This document shows, one piece after another, positions 28,348 through 32,000 of a stretch of DNA of 32,000 nt (positions are counted from its first letter, which is position 1; every line of letters starts with the position of its first letter). Made by a program: the position numbers and the translations under genes. The notes beneath the pieces are model-generated. The model ran no database searches. It had not been told where the DNA came from and saw nothing but the letters and a program-made list of their open reading frames with translations. Source of the DNA: Pseudomonas aeruginosa (GTDB lineage Bacteria; Pseudomonadota; Gammaproteobacteria; Pseudomonadales; Pseudomonadaceae); assembly GCF_001457615.1 (NCBI RefSeq), contig NZ_LN831024.1, forward strand, positions 1,410,001 to 1,442,000. The letters are read 5' to 3'.

Positions 28348-29355
28348 TCAGCGTGCCGCGGTATAGCTGGCGCCGAGCTTCTGCCGACCGTCGGGCAGGT
28401 TGATCTGCGCCGGGTCGAGACGCCAGACCCGCGCCGCGGCGATGTCACCGAGGAGCAGGCTGTAGGTCGGGTCGAACGAAGTGCTGGAGAAGATCAGGTA
28501 GTCCTCGTTCACCGGCGCGGCATCGGAATTGTCGCCCTGGCAGTGGTTGAGCGGCAGGATCGCCGGGGTGCCGGGCGGGCTGTTGGGTACGACCATGGCC
28601 AACTGGTCGTTGCCGGCCGGCTGGGTACGCGAGAGGAAGTAGGCGGTGTAGTCGCGTACCACCGGGTAATAGTCGCGGCCCCCCGCGGCCGGGGTGGCGA
28701 GGGCGCTGACCTGGCCGTTCTCCAGGTTCCTGCGCACCACCCGCAGGCTGTCGCCGGCTCCTGTCGCGTAGACCACGTACTTGCCTGAGGGTGTGAGGAA
28801 CGGCATCGACTCCTCGGTGCTCCAGCCGTCGCCGGTCACGGCTTTCCAGGCGCTCACGCCGACGCTGCCATCGCCATTGAAGACCAGGGTGGCGAGGCGG
28901 ATGTCGCCCTCGTGCTTGAGCACGACCTGGCGGCCGTCGAAGGAGAACTTCGGATCCTCGTTGCGACCGCCGATGGCCGCAGTCAGGTTGCTCGGCGCCT
29001 GGGTACCGCCGATGGCCCAGGCGAACACGTGCCAGGCGCCATTCTGGCGGCCCATGAAGGTCAGGTAGCGGCCGTCCGGGGAGAAATGCGCATTCATCGG
29101 GTCCTCGATGTTCCAGCCGGGCTGGTTGAGCTGGCGGGTGCTCTTGCTCTTGAAATCGTGCAGGTAGAGGTTCGAGGAGCCGTCCCCGTACTCCATATAG
29201 CTGTGGTAGACCAGGCGCCCGCCGAGCGCGGGCAGGCTGCTGGCGGGTTGCAGGGCCAGGTTGGCGGTGCAGGCCGCATGGGCGGGGAGGCTGGCAACGG
29301 GGGAGAGGAGCAGGGCGAGGGAGAGCAGAGAGACCTTGAGTGGCGCGATGTTCAT
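28348..29355 (-). CDS. Predicted exported TolB/PD40-like beta-propeller protein (335 aa), function unknown
   Basis: Signal peptide [29 protein letters not shown]. Repeated propeller-like units: [49 protein letters not shown]. Confidence 0.7.
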   Translation of the reverse strand: MNIAPLKVSLLSLALLLSPVASLPAHAACTANLALQPASSLPALGGRLVYHSYMEYGDGSSNLYLHDFKSKSTRQLNQPGWNIEDPMNAHFSPDGRYLTFMGRQNGAWHVFAWAIGGTQAPSNLTAAIGGRNEDPKFSFDGRQVVLKHEGDIRLATLVFNGDGSVGVSAWKAVTGDGWSTEESMPFLTPSGKYVVYATGAGDSLRVVRRNLENGQVSALATPAAGGRDYYPVVRDYTAYFLSRTQPAGNDQLAMVVPNSPPGTPAILPLNHCQGDNSDAAPVNEDYLIFSSTSFDPTYSLLLGDIAAARVWRLDPAQINLPDGRQKLGASYTAAR

Positions 29356-29499
29356 GGTGTGCCTTTCCTTGGACGGTGATGGAACACGCATGTTCGCGCA
29401 TTCGCTGCCTTCGCGCGGTTGCGCTTGTCCGAAAGCTGCTTCTGAATGGAAAAGCCGATGGTGTAGGGTAGTCCCTTTCCGTTTCTACCCTGGAGAACA

Positions 29500-30009
29500 G
29501 TGATGACCCTGATGGAGTCCGACCTGACCGCACTGGCCGCCCGCCTCGGCGAAAGCCTTCGTTACCTGGGCGAGCAGGTCAGCACGGCGGAATCCTGCAC
29601 CGGTGGCGGCATCGCCGAGGCGATCACCCGCATCCCGGGGAGTTCGGGCTGGTTCGAGGCTGGCTACGTGACCTACTCGAACCGCCAGAAGACCCTCCAG
29701 CTGGAGGTGCCCGAGTCGCTGTTCCCGGCAGTCGGCGCGGTCAGCCGGGAAGTGGTCGAGGCCATGGTGCGCGGCGCCCAGCGGCACAGCGGGGCGCGTT
29801 TCGCGGTGGCGGTGAGCGGTGTCGCCGGGCCCGACGGCGGCTCGCCGGAAAAGCCGGTAGGCACGGTCTGGCTGGCCTGGGCCGACGGCGAGCGGCTGGT
29901 CAGTGAGCGCTGCCAGTTCAACGGCGACCGCGACGCCGTGCGCCGGCAGACGGTGGCGACCGCGCTGACCGGCCTGCTGCGCATGAGCAACGGCGAGAAC
30001 CCGGGCTAG
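29500..30009 (+). CDS. pncC: CinA C-terminal domain / nicotinamide-nucleotide amidase family protein (169 aa)
   Basis: [38 protein letters not shown] and [29 protein letters not shown] at 29500 or ATG at 29503 start; immediately upstream of recA. Confidence 0.88.
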
Positions 30010-30083
30010 CCGCGCCTGCGGGCAACCGTTCGGAACATTCTTCCCGTCGGGGGTAGGCGAGCGACTTGCCCTGTGGAATAATA

Positions 30084-30099
30084 CTGTCTACTTATACAG
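30084..30099. promoter_or_regulatory. LexA/SOS box in the recA promoter region
   Basis: CTGTCTACTTATACAG matches the CTG-N10-CAG SOS-box pattern, about 44 bp upstream of the recA ATG. Confidence 0.85.
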
Positions 30100-30142
30100 T
30101 TGTTCGTGGCCGTCCGGCCGCCCTGACTTCGCGAGGACTTCA

Positions 30143-31650
<1,508 letters not shown>

Positions 31651-31671
31651 GCGCGTGCCGGAGCGGCAGCT

Positions 31672-32000
31672 TCAGTCCCAGTTTTCCGGCAGGTTGATGT
31701 AGTCCAGCAATTCCCGCAGCCGCCCCTGGTCGCGCCCGTTGAACACGAAGGCGAGGCGGGTCAGGTTGCGGAACTCCGGTTCGTCCTGTTCCTGCTCGCT
31801 GTAGGCCTGCTGCTGGAAGCCGCCGCTCAGGCAGAGGCTGGCGAAGTGTTCGTGCAGGTGCGCCAGCGCGGCTTCGTTCAGGGCGTGGTTCAGGCGAATC
31901 ACGAAAGTGCCTTTCAGCCAGCGGCTGGAGTGGAAGTTGCGGTAGAACTGGGCGATTTCCTTCACCGCGTCTTCGGCCGAATGCACCAGGCGCATCAGGC
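31672..32000 (-). CDS. C-terminal part of a protein continuing beyond the window, possibly a LOG/TIGR00730-like Rossmann-fold family protein
   Basis: In-frame to the window edge: MRLVHSAEDAVKEIAQFYRNFHSSRWLKGTFVIRLNHALNEAALAHLHEHFASLC. Family guess is from memory of similar C-termini, and only about 110 residues are visible. Confidence 0.4.
   Translation of the reverse strand, partial: LMRLVHSAEDAVKEIAQFYRNFHSSRWLKGTFVIRLNHALNEAALAHLHEHFASLCLSGGFQQQAYSEQEQDEPEFRNLTRLAFVFNGRDQGRLRELLDYINLPENWD

Noticed and set aside
25694-28366. 890-aa open frame on the plus strand antisense to mutS
   Set aside because: Typical GC-rich shadow ORF. The opposite strand encodes an unmistakable full-length MutS, and the antisense product shows no recognisable domain.

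Overview
This 32 kb window is conserved core chromosome with the gene content, order and protein sequences of Pseudomonas aeruginosa (lpxA through the recA/recX region). Plus-strand genes: lpxA (partial)-lpxB-rnhB, an AlsT/AgcS-type sodium:amino-acid symporter, dnaE, accA, tilS, pyrG, kdsA, eno, ftsB, ispD. A minus-strand block follows: a TusA-like small protein, a YedE/YeeE membrane protein and a LysR regulator (gfnR-like). Then come plus-strand adhC-fghA, ispF-truD-surE-pcm-nlpD-rpoS and the rsmZ sRNA. Minus-strand fdxA, mutS and a secreted beta-propeller-like protein follow, then plus-strand pncC/cinA-like, recA and recX. A truncated minus-strand gene closes the window. I found no mobile element, CRISPR array, phage or defence island, and no convincing previously undescribed multi-gene system. 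The points most worth a second look are: (1) two apparent single-G losses in G homopolymers that break ispD and pcm, most likely sequencing errors because ispD should be essential; (2) a TusA-like protein with CPYN instead of the canonical CPxP motif, overlapping a YedE/YeeE gene; (3) a perfect 9-bp inverted repeat in the gfnR/adhC divergent intergenic region; (4) a perfect TGTAAG-N6-CTTACA palindrome far upstream of rsmZ; (5) a SOS-box-like palindrome upstream of recA; (6) structured intergenic and leader regions upstream of accA and pyrG.
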